NCBI GenBank assembly: GCA_047629275.1 | Contig: JBLHWR010000001.1 | Location: forward strand, 1 to 45,315 | Direction: 5' to 3' | Origin: Gammaproteobacteria bacterium | Lineage (GTDB): Bacteria; Pseudomonadota; Gammaproteobacteria; GCA-001735895 | DNA length: 45,315 bases | Part shown: positions 17,376 to 27,730 of the stretch, piece by piece | How the letters are laid out: each line of letters opens with the position of its first letter | Numbering within the stretch: position 1 is the first letter of the stretch | Translations under genes and position numbers: made by a program | Notes under the pieces: generated by a model | Databases searched by the model: none | Seen by the model: the letters and a program-made list of their open reading frames with translations, nothing else | Told to the model about the DNA's origin: nothing

Positions 17376-18002
17376 ATGCTTAAAACTGTGCTGCTTAAAA
17401 TTGATAATCTTTGTTGTATTCAAGATGACAGAATATTATTCGAGCATCTTAGTTTATCGCTATTGAGTGGGCAAATGCTGCTCGTTGAAGGCCGTAATGG
17501 TAGTGGTAAAACCAGTTTATTAAGAATATTGACCGGTTTAAAAATGGCTGATGAAGGTCAGATCTATTGGCATGAGACTGAAATATCCAAACAAGGTTCT
17601 GACTATCATGAACGAGTCACTTACGTGGGTCACCACAATGGTGTCAAGTGCGACCTGACCTGTCTTGAGAATTTGCGCCTCGTTCAGGCTATGGGCAACC
17701 CTTCGACTGTTGACCCTGATGATGCTTTGGAGCAAGTGAATCTTTACCAATACGGTGATACACCTGTGAGTAATCTATCGGCAGGACAGCGTCGTAGGCT
17801 TGCACTAGCAAGGTTAATTGTCACAGAGGCAGATTTGTGGATTCTAGATGAGCCCTATACTTCGCTCGATAAAGTGAGTACGGCGCTATTTCAATCTATA
17901 TTCGAAGCGCATTTAAAGCGGGGGGGTATTATTGTAATGACATCGCATCATGATATTGAAATGCCCTCAACCGATTTAATCAGGTTAGACTTGTCAGCGT
18001 GA
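17376..18002 (+). CDS. ccmA: Heme exporter ATP-binding protein CcmA
   Basis: Walker A GRNGSGKTSLLR, signature LSAGQRRRLALARL, Walker B LWILDEP. First gene of the ccm cluster. Confidence 0.9.
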   Translation: MLKTVLLKIDNLCCIQDDRILFEHLSLSLLSGQMLLVEGRNGSGKTSLLRILTGLKMADEGQIYWHETEISKQGSDYHERVTYVGHHNGVKCDLTCLENLRLVQAMGNPSTVDPDDALEQVNLYQYGDTPVSNLSAGQRRRLALARLIVTEADLWILDEPYTSLDKVSTALFQSIFEAHLKRGGIIVMTSHHDIEMPSTDLIRLDLSA

Positions 18003-18012
18003 AGCGTCTGAT

Positions 18013-18696
18013 ATGAAAAAATACTCATTGACTCAGGCGTTTCTCTATTTGTTACAGCGTGATTTGACGCTGTCGTTTCGAAATCGTGCCGAGTTCGCCA
18101 ATCCACTGTTGTTTTTTATTTTAGTGATTACCTTATTTCCACTTGCAATTGGAGCCGAACCCGCCTTATTGTCTAGGATTGCACCCGGCATTATCTGGGT
18201 CGCAGCGTTACTCGCAGCTATGTTATCACTCGATAGTATTTTCAGGTCAGACTTTGACGATGGTTCTCTGGAGCAATTACTGTTGAGTGCTCATCCCATG
18301 CCGGTTTTGGTTTTAGCTAAAGTGACCGCACATTGGTTGGTGACGGGTTTACCCTTGTTGCTGATTTCACCTTTACTAGCAGTGATGCTTGGAATGCCTT
18401 CAGAAGCCCTGAGTATTTTATTGCTCACAATTTTAATTGGTACACCCATACTAAGTTTAATTGGTTCTATTGGTGTGGCTTTGACGGTAGGTTTACCGAA
18501 AGGTGGTATTATATTGTCACTTTTGATATTGCCCCTATATGTACCTGTACTTATATTTGCATCCAGTGCAGTTGAAGGTGCGGCTGGTGGGTTAGATGTT
18601 ACGGCACAGCTTTACATGTTGCTGTCATTTTTGTTTCTTGCGTTATCTTTATCGCCACTTGCGACTGCATCGGCGCTCAAGATGAGTATGAGTTAG
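18013..18696 (+). CDS. ccmB: Heme exporter membrane protein CcmB
   Basis: Polytopic 227-aa protein with a typical CcmB N-terminus (RDL.L.FR.RAE..NPLLFF), in ccm order. Confidence 0.9.
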   Translation: MKKYSLTQAFLYLLQRDLTLSFRNRAEFANPLLFFILVITLFPLAIGAEPALLSRIAPGIIWVAALLAAMLSLDSIFRSDFDDGSLEQLLLSAHPMPVLVLAKVTAHWLVTGLPLLLISPLLAVMLGMPSEALSILLLTILIGTPILSLIGSIGVALTVGLPKGGIILSLLILPLYVPVLIFASSAVEGAAGGLDVTAQLYMLLSFLFLALSLSPLATASALKMSMS

Positions 18697-18721
18697 CATA
18701 TTGAGTCAGTCGGGTAGTTAG

Positions 18722-19465
18722 ATGTTTTTATGGTTTCATAAGTTTGGTTCTCCACCACACTTTTATCGCATAGCCGGTAAATGGATTCCGTGGCTGACAG
18801 GATTGTTTCTGCTTTTACTGGTGGCTGGGCTCTATGGTGGGTTAGTGTTGGCGCCACCGGATTACCAACAGGGTGACAGTTATAGAATTATTTTTATTCA
18901 TGTACCAGCGGCATGGATGTCTTTGCTTATTTATATCGTGATGGCTTGTTGTGGCATCATTATTATTGTTTGGCGAATGAAGCTTGCCGAAGTGGTTTTG
19001 ATTAGCAGTGCATCAATTGGCGCTAGCTTTACTTTTTTAGCGTTGGCTACTGGATCAATTTGGGGTAAACCGATGTGGGGCACCTGGTGGGTTTGGGATG
19101 CTCGGTTGACGTCCGAGCTTATCTTGCTTTTTCTTTATCTTGGAGTCATTGGTTTGCACAATGCTATTGACGACAAACGTATCGCCGCCAGAGCTGTCGC
19201 TATTTTAGCCATCGTTGGCGTTGTCAATATTCCGATTATTCATTATTCAGTAGAATGGTGGAATTCATTACATCAAGGGCCTTCGATTATGAAGTTTGAC
19301 AAACCTTCTATCCATTGGAGTATGCTTATTCCACTCTTACTGATGGCATTGGCTTTTCAAGTTTATTACGTGCTGACGCTGTTTCAAAGTTGTCGAGGCG
19401 AATTATTAAAACGTGAACGTAATAGCAAGTGGGTAGCTGAACTAAGTGAAGGTAATGATGTCTGA
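18722..19465 (+). CDS. ccmC: Heme exporter/heme-handling protein CcmC
   Basis: Trp-rich WGKPMWGTWWVWDARLTS motif. Confidence 0.92.
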   Translation: MFLWFHKFGSPPHFYRIAGKWIPWLTGLFLLLLVAGLYGGLVLAPPDYQQGDSYRIIFIHVPAAWMSLLIYIVMACCGIIIIVWRMKLAEVVLISSASIGASFTFLALATGSIWGKPMWGTWWVWDARLTSELILLFLYLGVIGLHNAIDDKRIAARAVAILAIVGVVNIPIIHYSVEWWNSLHQGPSIMKFDKPSIHWSMLIPLLLMALAFQVYYVLTLFQSCRGELLKRERNSKWVAELSEGNDV

Positions 19466-19631
19466 GTTTTTTGCAATGGGTGGTTACGCTCCATTCGTCT
19501 GGTCCTCTTATGGTTTGGCAGCAATAGTGTTGTGGCTAAACTGGTATTTACCACGTCGGGCACATCAACAAGTTTTACGCGAGTTGAGCCGGCGTCATTC
19601 CCAAAAGTCAAATTTCGACAGGAATAAATAG
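19455..19631 (+). CDS. ccmD: Heme exporter protein CcmD
   Basis: [17 protein letters not shown] single-helix protein. The track starts at GTG 19446, but the ATG at 19455/19458 overlapping the ccmC stop is more likely. Confidence 0.85.
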   Translation: MMSEFFAMGGYAPFVWSSYGLAAIVLWLNWYLPRRAHQQVLRELSRRHSQKSNFDRNK

Positions 19632-19632
19632 A

Positions 19633-20061
19633 ATGACCCCTGCACGCAAGAAGCGGCTGGGCTTAATTATCTTAATGGTGACAGGTGTTGCTATTGGACT
19701 TAGCTTCGCATTGAAATCCCTCAACGAAAACATTATGTTCTTCTTTTCTCCGAGCGAAGTGGCAGGAGGTAAGGCACCACAAGATCGCCTGTTTCGTCTT
19801 GGTGGTATGGTAGTTGATGGAAGTGTCAGTCGTCCAGGTGAAGGTTTAACGGTGATGTTTGACCTCACTGATAATGCCGAAAGCGTCACGGTGGAATATA
19901 CTGGGATCTTGCCCGACTTGTTTCGTGAGGGACAAGGAATAGTTGCGAATGGGAAGCTAAATAGTAGCGGTGCATTCGTTGCTCAGGAAGTATTGGCTAA
20001 ACATGATGAAAATTATATGCCGCCAGAAATTGCGGCGGCAATGAAAGCTAAAACTGATTAG
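19633..20061 (+). CDS. ccmE: Cytochrome c-type biogenesis heme chaperone CcmE
   Basis: N-terminal anchor, RLGGMV, C-terminal [13 protein letters not shown] with the heme-binding His. Confidence 0.92.
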   Translation: MTPARKKRLGLIILMVTGVAIGLSFALKSLNENIMFFFSPSEVAGGKAPQDRLFRLGGMVVDGSVSRPGEGLTVMFDLTDNAESVTVEYTGILPDLFREGQGIVANGKLNSSGAFVAQEVLAKHDENYMPPEIAAAMKAKTD

Positions 20062-20127
20062 TCGATAAATTCCTTTACACGCACACTCTAAAAATATTGT
20101 TGTCTTAAACTGAATGATACCTAAGCT

Positions 20128-22101
20128 ATGATCCCAGAAATCGGTAACTTCGCCCTGATTATCGCCTTATTCCTCTCTGTGGTGCAGACTGTCTTTCCAT
20201 TGGCGGGCGCCTCGTTTGGTATTTCTCGATGGGTTGCACTCGCTAAACCAGCTGCGCTGACGCAACTGCTTTTTGTTGCTATTTCATATGCTTGTCTCAC
20301 TTGGGCTTTTCTACAACATGATTTTTCAGTTTTATATGTAGCCTCTAATTCAAATACTGAATTACCCATTATTTATTTAATATCTGGTGTCTGGGGTTCG
20401 CATGAAGGATCACTATTACTTTGGGTTTTAATACTGGCGTTGTGGACAGGAGCGGTTGCTATATTTAGTCCTAACGTGCCGCCAGTTATGCGTGCCAGAG
20501 TATTGGGCGTTATGGGCTTTGTTAGTTTTGGTTTTCTCTTATTCATATTGCTAACTTCAAACCCTTTTGATCGGCTGTTCCCAGCAGTATTAGAAGGGCG
20601 TGACTTAAACCCCTTGTTACAGGATGTTGGTCTCGCGATTCATCCACCCATGTTATATATCGGTTATGTTGGTTTCTCGGTTGCATTTGCATTTTCAATT
20701 GCGGCACTAATATCTGGACAGGTAGATTCTGCTTGGGCTCGTTGGGCAAGGCCTTGGACTAATATTGCTTGGTTATTTCTCACGATTGGTATTGCATTGG
20801 GTAGCTGGTGGGCTTATTACGAGCTGGGTTGGGGTGGTTGGTGGTTTTGGGATCCAGTCGAAAACGCATCGTTTATGCCGTGGTTAATGGGCACTGCATT
20901 GATGCATTCATTGGCGATTACAGAGAAAAGAGGCACGTTTAAAGCCTGGACAGCGCTGCTCGCTATTTTCGCATTTTCATTAAGTCTGTTGGGTACATTT
21001 TTAGTACGGTCGGGCGTATTGACGTCGGTACATGCTTTTGCAAGTGATCCTGATCGGGGTGTTTTTATCCTCGCTTTTCTAGTAATCGTTGTTGGTGGAT
21101 CGCTGGCGTTATATTCCTGGCGTGCCCCTAGTTTAAAGAGCGCAGCGCAAACCAATTTGTTGTCGCGGGAAATGGCCTTGTTGTTCAATAATATTTTTCT
21201 GACCGTTGCTACAGCGGCGATTTTACTCGGCACACTGTACCCCATCGCTATTGACGCAATGGGTAGTAAAATTTCAGTAGGCCCACCGTATTTTAATTTT
21301 GTGTTCTTAAGCATAACGGCACCACTGGGTGTATTAATCGGCATAGGTATGTTGATTCGTTGGCGCAAAGATACGCCTCAAAATCTACTCTCTCGTGTTA
21401 AGTACCCTGCTATTACGGCGTTAATCGTTGCATTTCTGATTAGCCTGACTTTACCTCAATGGATCTGGAGTGCTTTTGCAGGATTGGCTATGTCATTGTG
21501 GATTGCTGTGACTGCCGTCATTGCAGTGCATGAACGGTTCAAAGGTAAGCCGCTGATGACTGGACTGCGGGCAACGCCAAGTGGGTTTTATGGCATGATT
21601 TTAGGCCATATTGGTATTGCAGTATTTATTGTTGGCATTACGCTGACCAGTCTGTACAGCCAAGAAAAAGATTTGCGTATGGCTCCTGGTGATATTTATT
21701 CTATTGCAGGCTATGACTTCCAATTTAACGGCGTCAAGAAGGAAGACATTAACAACTATGTTTCGACACGGGGACATTTTACGGTAACGTCTCAAGCCGA
21801 TGACTTTCGCGTTGAACTATCACCCGAAAAACGTATTTATCGAGTTCAGCAATCACCTATGACGGAGGCCGCAATTGATGCTGGGTTTACCCGTGACTTA
21901 TTTATTGCATTGGGTGAGCCACTAGATGATAAGGGTAGTTGGGCGATTCGAATTTACTATAAACCCTTCATTCGTTGGATTTGGTTGGGCGCTATCATCA
22001 TGGCTCTGGGTGGCTTTTTTGCTGCCAGCGATAGACGCTATCGTCAGGAATCAAGGTCAGCAAAAAAAATACTTGAGCCGACAAGTGGCGTGGTTGTTTA
22101 G
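20128..22101 (+). CDS. ccmF: Cytochrome c heme lyase subunit CcmF
   Basis: 657-aa polytopic protein with the WGGWWFWDPVENASFMPW Trp-rich motif. Confidence 0.93.
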   Translation: MIPEIGNFALIIALFLSVVQTVFPLAGASFGISRWVALAKPAALTQLLFVAISYACLTWAFLQHDFSVLYVASNSNTELPIIYLISGVWGSHEGSLLLWVLILALWTGAVAIFSPNVPPVMRARVLGVMGFVSFGFLLFILLTSNPFDRLFPAVLEGRDLNPLLQDVGLAIHPPMLYIGYVGFSVAFAFSIAALISGQVDSAWARWARPWTNIAWLFLTIGIALGSWWAYYELGWGGWWFWDPVENASFMPWLMGTALMHSLAITEKRGTFKAWTALLAIFAFSLSLLGTFLVRSGVLTSVHAFASDPDRGVFILAFLVIVVGGSLALYSWRAPSLKSAAQTNLLSREMALLFNNIFLTVATAAILLGTLYPIAIDAMGSKISVGPPYFNFVFLSITAPLGVLIGIGMLIRWRKDTPQNLLSRVKYPAITALIVAFLISLTLPQWIWSAFAGLAMSLWIAVTAVIAVHERFKGKPLMTGLRATPSGFYGMILGHIGIAVFIVGITLTSLYSQEKDLRMAPGDIYSIAGYDFQFNGVKKEDINNYVSTRGHFTVTSQADDFRVELSPEKRIYRVQQSPMTEAAIDAGFTRDLFIALGEPLDDKGSWAIRIYYKPFIRWIWLGAIIMALGGFFAASDRRYRQESRSAKKILEPTSGVVV

Positions 22102-22622
22102 TGCGCTACATTTTACCCCTAGGCGCTTTTATATTAGTAGTTGGCTTGCTAGGTTTTGGTCTAACGCTTGATCCAAAGAAAATACCATCACCATTAATAG
22201 GAAAACCTGCACCAGAGTTTTCTCTGAACAAGTTATATGCACCCAATGAGACGCTTTCTAAAAAAGATTTGTTAGGCCAAGTTTGGGTGCTGAATGTCTG
22301 GGCTTCTTGGTGTGTGTCGTGTCGTGCCGAACATGCTGTTATTACTGATTTGACCAACAGGAACCTAGTCAACATTGTCGGGCTAGATTATAAAGATCAA
22401 CCTGCTGATGCACGTCGTTGGTTAAAGCAGTTTGGTAATCCTTATTCAGCCATCTTGATGGACATCGATGGCCGAGTGGGTATCGATTGGGGTGTTTATG
22501 GTGTTCCTGAAACTTTTGTCATTGGTAAGGATGGCAATATTAAATATAAACACATTGGCCCTGTAACCAATGAATCACTAGAGCAAGAAGTGATACCGGC
22601 CATAAGAGAATTACTGGATTAA
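22101..22622 (+). CDS. ccmG: Thiol:disulfide interchange protein CcmG/DsbE
   Basis: Thioredoxin fold with WASWCVSCR active site and GVYGVPETF. GTG start overlaps the ccmF stop. Confidence 0.9.
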   Translation: MRYILPLGAFILVVGLLGFGLTLDPKKIPSPLIGKPAPEFSLNKLYAPNETLSKKDLLGQVWVLNVWASWCVSCRAEHAVITDLTNRNLVNIVGLDYKDQPADARRWLKQFGNPYSAILMDIDGRVGIDWGVYGVPETFVIGKDGNIKYKHIGPVTNESLEQEVIPAIRELLD

Positions 22623-22626
22623 ACTG

Positions 22627-23109
22627 ATGTCAGTTAAAAAAATAACAGTGAAACAGTGGCGATTATTTTCGATAGTGGGATTACTAATTGTTAGCGGACT
22701 ATCTTTTGCGGCAGTTGAGTCCTATCAATTTAAGTCGCCTCAAATGGAGGCTGAATACCATCAATTGATTGGTGAATTACGCTGTCTGGTTTGTCAAAAT
22801 CAAAATTTATCTGGATCAAATGCTGACCTTGCCAAAGACTTACGCCGACAAACACATGAGTTATTAATGGAAGGTAACAGCCCAGATCAAATAGCTGACT
22901 ATATGGTTGCTCGCTATGGCGACTTTGTACTTTATCGACCACCGTTACAAAATAATACCTTATTACTTTGGCTTGGGCCTTTCGTTTTATTGCTGGTGGT
23001 TATTGTTGCGGTGTTTGTGAAAATGAGCAAAAAACAAGTGTTAGTTGCACCTGAACAGGTTGCAATGGCAAAGGCAAAACAGCTCCTCTCGGAGCCACAG
23101 GAAAAATAA
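22627..23109 (+). CDS. ccmH: Cytochrome c-type biogenesis protein CcmH
   Basis: LRCLVCQNQ motif (CxxC), membrane anchors. Confidence 0.9.
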   Translation: MSVKKITVKQWRLFSIVGLLIVSGLSFAAVESYQFKSPQMEAEYHQLIGELRCLVCQNQNLSGSNADLAKDLRRQTHELLMEGNSPDQIADYMVARYGDFVLYRPPLQNNTLLLWLGPFVLLLVVIVAVFVKMSKKQVLVAPEQVAMAKAKQLLSEPQEK

Positions 23110-24335
23110 TGATATTCTGGATTGTGGTAGCAGCTTTGCTACTGGTCGGGTTGGTGTGTGTCATCCTGCCTGTTTTAAGAGCCCCTACAGATTTGCAGTC
23201 GACCGATAGGCAACAGCAAAACATCAATATTGCACGAGATAAAAAAAGCGCCCTAGATGAGCAATTGAGCGATGCCAGCTTAACGCAAGCCGAATATGAT
23301 AATGCCTTGGTTGAGTTACAGACATCGCTCGCACTTGACCTTGAAAAGTCTGAGTCTGATAATGTAAACCAACAGGGTAAGTGGGTTGTCTGGGTGCTAA
23401 TTTTTGCACTACCACTAGCGAGTATTGGGCTTTACTTAAAGGTAGGTGAGTATCAAGTAATCGAAAATCCTGCCCTAGCAGCGATTGCGCAACCTAATAA
23501 TCAAACACCCCAAATAGATATGACACTCGACCAAATGGTTGAGATAGTAAAAGAACGATTGCAAAAAAATCCAGACGATGCCAGAGGCTGGTTTGTTTTG
23601 GGTAAGACAATGATGGAAAAAGGCGATTTTGATGAAGCTGTCACTGCCTTTCAACGAACGTTTGATCTCGTCGGAGACCAAGAGTCTAGTGTTTTATTCT
23701 CATTGGCTGATGCACTCTCGATGCAAAAGGATGGGCTCATGGCGGGTGAGCCTGAGGCAATAATTCAACAAGGGTTGAAAATTACGCCGCAAGATCCAAC
23801 AGGCCTTTGGTTGGCAGGGCTTGCAGCTGAACAGCGGCAAGACTATAAGACATCCTTCGATTACATGACCACATTGTTGCCATTGGTAGCCAATAACGCT
23901 GAATCAACCACAGAGGTGAATCGATTTATTGCATCATTACAGGATCAAGATTCTACTCTGATAGCTCCGACTAAAGAGCCAATACAAAGTCGTAGTGTGA
24001 AGGTTTCAGTGAGCTTGGTTGATCAATTTAAGACGCAGGTATCTTTTGATAATGCGGTCTTTATTTATGCGAAAGCGGCTAGTGGACCGCCAATGCCATT
24101 AGCCGTAAAACGGTTAACGGTGAAGGATTTACCAGTGACGGTTGAGTTGAGTGATGCTGATGCAATGATTCCTAGCATGATGCTATCTTCCTTTGAAGAT
24201 ATCATAATAGGTGCCAGAGTGTCGAAGTCGGGAAACCCGATGGCTCAACCAGGTGATCTATATATCGAGACAGGACCGATTGATAGAAGCGACATTACAG
24301 ATGGCGTGAGGTTATATATTAGTAAAACGAAATAA
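23109..24335 (+). CDS. ccmI: Cytochrome c-type biogenesis protein CcmI/CycH (TPR-containing)
   Basis: N-terminal membrane helices, TPR-like middle (ARGWFVLGKTMMEKGDFDEAVTAFQRT). Last position in the ccm cluster. Confidence 0.8.
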   Translation: MIFWIVVAALLLVGLVCVILPVLRAPTDLQSTDRQQQNINIARDKKSALDEQLSDASLTQAEYDNALVELQTSLALDLEKSESDNVNQQGKWVVWVLIFALPLASIGLYLKVGEYQVIENPALAAIAQPNNQTPQIDMTLDQMVEIVKERLQKNPDDARGWFVLGKTMMEKGDFDEAVTAFQRTFDLVGDQESSVLFSLADALSMQKDGLMAGEPEAIIQQGLKITPQDPTGLWLAGLAAEQRQDYKTSFDYMTTLLPLVANNAESTTEVNRFIASLQDQDSTLIAPTKEPIQSRSVKVSVSLVDQFKTQVSFDNAVFIYAKAASGPPMPLAVKRLTVKDLPVTVELSDADAMIPSMMLSSFEDIIIGARVSKSGNPMAQPGDLYIETGPIDRSDITDGVRLYISKTK

Positions 24336-24370
24336 TAATTTAAAGGATAAACAGGCTACTCGGCTATTGA

Positions 24371-24724
24371 TCAGGAATCGAAGGCGGCTTTAATGTCATT
24401 GAAATCGGCGGTAATTGCATATACTTGCTTATAACCCATATTTTCTAGTGTCAAGGCGGCGAGTGAGGCCCGACCACCACCGGCACAATGAATCAAAATG
24501 ATTGAGCCTGCGTGAGGACAATGCTGAGAAATCTCCATCTCAAGCAAACCTCGCGAAATATGAATCGACTGCCTGACTTTGTCCTTTGTGACACTTTCAG
24601 CCTCGCGCACGTCAATAATGAAAGAACTGTCAACACTCTCAAACAACAGTTTTGCTGATGCAACATCAACGCAGGATATTTCCTGCTGTGTTTTTTGAAT
24701 TAATTCGGCCGCAGTCTTAAGCAC
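24371..24724 (-). CDS. Single-domain rhodanese (sulfurtransferase)
   Basis: Active-site loop HCAGGGRAS. 117 aa. Confidence 0.85.
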   Translation of the reverse strand: MLKTAAELIQKTQQEISCVDVASAKLLFESVDSSFIIDVREAESVTKDKVRQSIHISRGLLEMEISQHCPHAGSIILIHCAGGGRASLAALTLENMGYKQVYAITADFNDIKAAFDS

Positions 24725-24930
24725 CTGAGTGACCTGTGGTAAATGAATTCAGCTATTTTGTGTGTTGAAAAACTAAATAACAAGGTCAGAAAATGAAGAT
24801 TCGAACGTAGGCAGTAGTATCTGAGAGGCACTGCATGCGAAACTGTGAAATAGGGCCGTTGGCGCATTCAGGCTATTCCAAGGTCGTTTGCGGCCTCTCA
24901 TGTCTATTTAAGGCGCGATAAAATAACAAT

Positions 24931-26397
24931 ATGACTCCTACATTAATGATTCAAGGTGCTACTTCGAATGCTGGTAAAAGCGTTATTGCTGCTGGGCTTT
25001 GTCGACTGTTTAGTTCGAAGGGCTATCGGGTCGCACCTTTTAAACCCCAAAATATGGCTCTTAACAGTGCTGTAACGATCGATAATGGTGAGATAGGGCG
25101 TTCGCAAGCGGTGCAGGCACTCGCCTGTGGTATCGAACCGCATACCGATATGAATCCGATATTGCTCAAGCCCAATAGTGATAAAGGGGCTCAGGTAATT
25201 ATTCAAGGGCATTCGATAGGCAATATGGAGGCGGTTGAATACCATGCGTATAAAAAGCAGGCAATGGCTTTTGCGCTAGAGTCTTACTATCGCCTAGCAG
25301 AGCAATATGATCTGATCATCGTCGAAGGTGCAGGTAGCCCCGCTGAAATAAATTTAAGGGAAAATGACATTGCCAATATGGGATTTGCGACTGCTGTTGG
25401 CTGTGCGGTCATAATAGTTGCCGATATTGATCGTGGCGGTGTATTCGCACATTTGACGGGCACCCTCGATTGTTTGAGTCAAAATGAGCGCGACCTTGTG
25501 CAAGGCTTTATAATCAATCGGTTCCGTGGAGACAAAGCGCTTCTTGACTCTGGCATTGACTGGTTGACTGATAAAACGAATGTGCCGACCCTCGGTGTAT
25601 TGCCCTATTTGAAAGGTTTACATATCGAAGCCGAAGATGCGGTTGACCATCGCTCTCATAATAATGCGACTGAAGAAACCCAACAACGCCTTAAAGTGGT
25701 AGTGCCAAGAATCCCCCGAATTAGCAATCATACTGACTTTGATGTTTTACGCTTACACCCTCAGGTTGACTTAACATTTGTGGAGGAGGGCCAGGTTGTG
25801 CCTGCAGCGGATCTGATCATTTTACCCGGTAGTAAAAACACCATTAATGACCTCAATTGGCTTGTCGATAATGAGTGGCCTACACAGATTAAAAGGCACC
25901 TTCGCTATGGTGGCAAGCTAATAGGCATCTGCGGGGGCTACCAAATGATAGGCCAGCAAATTCATGACCCCGAAGGCCTCGAAGGTAAAGTAGGGTCTCA
26001 GCCAGGGTTGCAGTTAATGGATTTTGAAACAACGCTCGCACCCATAAAACAGCTAACTCAAGTGACAGGTTATTTATTTGAATCAAAAGTTCGAGTAGAT
26101 GGCTATGAGATTCACATGGGTATTACCAGCGGGCCAGATTTGATACGACCCGCCATTGACCTTGGCGATCGCACCGATGGGGCTGTTTCTTCTGACGGCC
26201 AAATACTCTGCAGCTACCTCCATGGGTTATTTGACCATTATGAAGCCTGTGACGCGCTGTTACAGTGGGCTGGGTTAGATGCGGATGCGAGTGTTGATTA
26301 TCAGGCTTTACGACAACGTGAGATTGATCGCGTAGCCACTATGCTTGAGACTGAAATTGACTTCGATCTTTTGGCTGCAAATATTGGTTTGAAGTGA
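24931..26397 (+). CDS. cobQ: Cobyric acid synthase CobQ
   Basis: N-terminal [21 protein letters not shown]-terminal glutamine amidotransferase region ([11 protein letters not shown]...G). 488 aa. Confidence 0.92.
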   Translation: MTPTLMIQGATSNAGKSVIAAGLCRLFSSKGYRVAPFKPQNMALNSAVTIDNGEIGRSQAVQALACGIEPHTDMNPILLKPNSDKGAQVIIQGHSIGNMEAVEYHAYKKQAMAFALESYYRLAEQYDLIIVEGAGSPAEINLRENDIANMGFATAVGCAVIIVADIDRGGVFAHLTGTLDCLSQNERDLVQGFIINRFRGDKALLDSGIDWLTDKTNVPTLGVLPYLKGLHIEAEDAVDHRSHNNATEETQQRLKVVVPRIPRISNHTDFDVLRLHPQVDLTFVEEGQVVPAADLIILPGSKNTINDLNWLVDNEWPTQIKRHLRYGGKLIGICGGYQMIGQQIHDPEGLEGKVGSQPGLQLMDFETTLAPIKQLTQVTGYLFESKVRVDGYEIHMGITSGPDLIRPAIDLGDRTDGAVSSDGQILCSYLHGLFDHYEACDALLQWAGLDADASVDYQALRQREIDRVATMLETEIDFDLLAANIGLK

Positions 26398-26422
26398 TTT
26401 TGAATAGGGCGGGTTCTATTTA

Positions 26423-27349
26423 ATGCTGACCGCCTTGATACCAATGTTTTGTTGCGTTATCGCACTGGTTCTGGATAGATTATTTGGAGAGCCAAAATAC
26501 CATCCGTTAGTCCTTTTTGGCAATATAGCGAGTTTACTTGAACGTAAGCTGAATAATCGACACTCGCGTCTTAATGGTTTTGTTGCTGCTTTTTTTGTGA
26601 TGGCCTTACCTGTTGCTGGTGTGCTCTATCTTCAGTTATCTCTATCAAATATCTGGTTGCAATCAGCATTGAATATAGCCCTACTTTATTTTGTTATCGG
26701 TTGGCAAAGCATGAAGCAGCATACGCTTGCTATTTCTAATCCATTGCTCAATAACGACCTCGATGAGGCTCGTTATCATTTATCAATGATTGTGAGCCGT
26801 GACACCAGTCAAATGAATGAATCTCAAATTGTTGGGTCAACTATAGAGTCTATTCTTGAAAATGGACATGACTGTGTTTTTGCTTCATTTTTTTGGTTTT
26901 TAGTGTTGGGGCCTGCAGGGGCTCTATTACATCGCTTAACCAATACACTAGATGCCATGTGGGGTTACAAAAATGAACGTTATCATCAGTTTGGCTGGTT
27001 TGCCGCAAAGTTGGACGACTTGCTGGGCTATTTACCGGCAAGACTAACCGGCTTGAGTTATGCCCTCTGTGGAGAAAGCTCTAAAGGAGCTTTGCTTTCT
27101 TGGCGGAATCAAAAGGGCCGACATAAAAGTCCAAATGCAGGGCTTGTGATGGCCAGCGGTGCAGGTGCGTTAGGGATTATTGTTGGCGGTCCGACAAGTT
27201 ACGATGGCGTAATAGTCGATAAAATTTATCTGGGTGTTGGTAAACCAGCGAGTTCAGTTGATATTAATCGGTCGATAGGATTAGTAGAAAAAAGTTTGTT
27301 AGGTTGGCTGTTAATTGGGTCAAGCGCTATTATTTATTTGGCGATATGA
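26423..27349 (+). CDS. cbiB: Adenosylcobinamide-phosphate synthase CbiB/CobD
   Basis: Membrane protein with LLDRLFGEP...HP N-terminus, E..NG and DAMWGY motifs typical of CbiB. Confidence 0.9.
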   Translation: MLTALIPMFCCVIALVLDRLFGEPKYHPLVLFGNIASLLERKLNNRHSRLNGFVAAFFVMALPVAGVLYLQLSLSNIWLQSALNIALLYFVIGWQSMKQHTLAISNPLLNNDLDEARYHLSMIVSRDTSQMNESQIVGSTIESILENGHDCVFASFFWFLVLGPAGALLHRLTNTLDAMWGYKNERYHQFGWFAAKLDDLLGYLPARLTGLSYALCGESSKGALLSWRNQKGRHKSPNAGLVMASGAGALGIIVGGPTSYDGVIVDKIYLGVGKPASSVDINRSIGLVEKSLLGWLLIGSSAIIYLAI

Positions 27350-27713
27350 TACGTAATATTTTAGCAGAAGCCCTAACAGGGTAGCTTGATGGTGTTGACT
27401 CGGTGATCCGGTGATACAGCTGGGTTCACTAAATTAGCCGTACCTTTATTTGGTCGACATTATTACTGATTACAAAGTGGATCTGAATTCTAAATGGTTT
27501 TATGCTTATTTAATTAATACGGTGTCGAGGTAGGTATTCCCAACGTTTATTTTGAAGAAGGTGTGGTCTTTTTTCCTCAAGAGCCAATAGTCAATCTATG
27601 AATACTTCAGCGCTATTTGTTTGCCTAGATTACAAACATTTTTGTGATCAGGGCCGATGAATGATAAAGTATAAAGGCTTTACATTTATTTTTGGTCGCG
27701 TTACGATATCATC

Positions 27714-27730
27714 TGGTATATTGTATACCA
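27714..27730. repeat. 17-bp palindrome TGGTATA-TTG-TATACCA (candidate operator). The half-site recurs at 27895-27901 and 28244-28250.
   Basis: Read directly. There are four TGGTATA/TATACCA half-sites within about 540 bp of the ORF-free leader. Confidence 0.5.

Noticed and set aside
20817-21368. 183-aa minus-strand track ORF, and similar nested antisense ORFs (for example 1149-1568, 7060-7383, 7860-8198, 11141-11452, 29100-29486, 29477-29791, 37790-38143, 24943-25245)
   Set aside because: Each lies entirely antisense inside a confidently recognised gene (ccmF, mttB-like, sat, aprA, mrpG and the fusion gene, NfeD, cobQ). They have no SD and a biased, junk-like composition. They are treated as frame shadows.
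17376-24335. Anything atypical in the ccm cluster
   Set aside because: It is the canonical System I order ccmABCDEFGHI with the expected motifs and coupling. It appears ordinary.
24725-24930. Possible cobalamin riboswitch in the leader of cobQ
   Set aside because: An 8-bp helix (TGAGAGGC 24822-24829 / GCCTCTCA 24893-24900) encloses about 63 nt, and GGCACTG and GTGAAAT fragments are present. However, I cannot find the conserved core (GGGAA, CCCGC-ACTGT, B12 box with GCCACTG context). A single 8-bp complement in about 200 nt is expected by chance fairly often. It needs an Infernal/Rfam RF00174 scan to settle.
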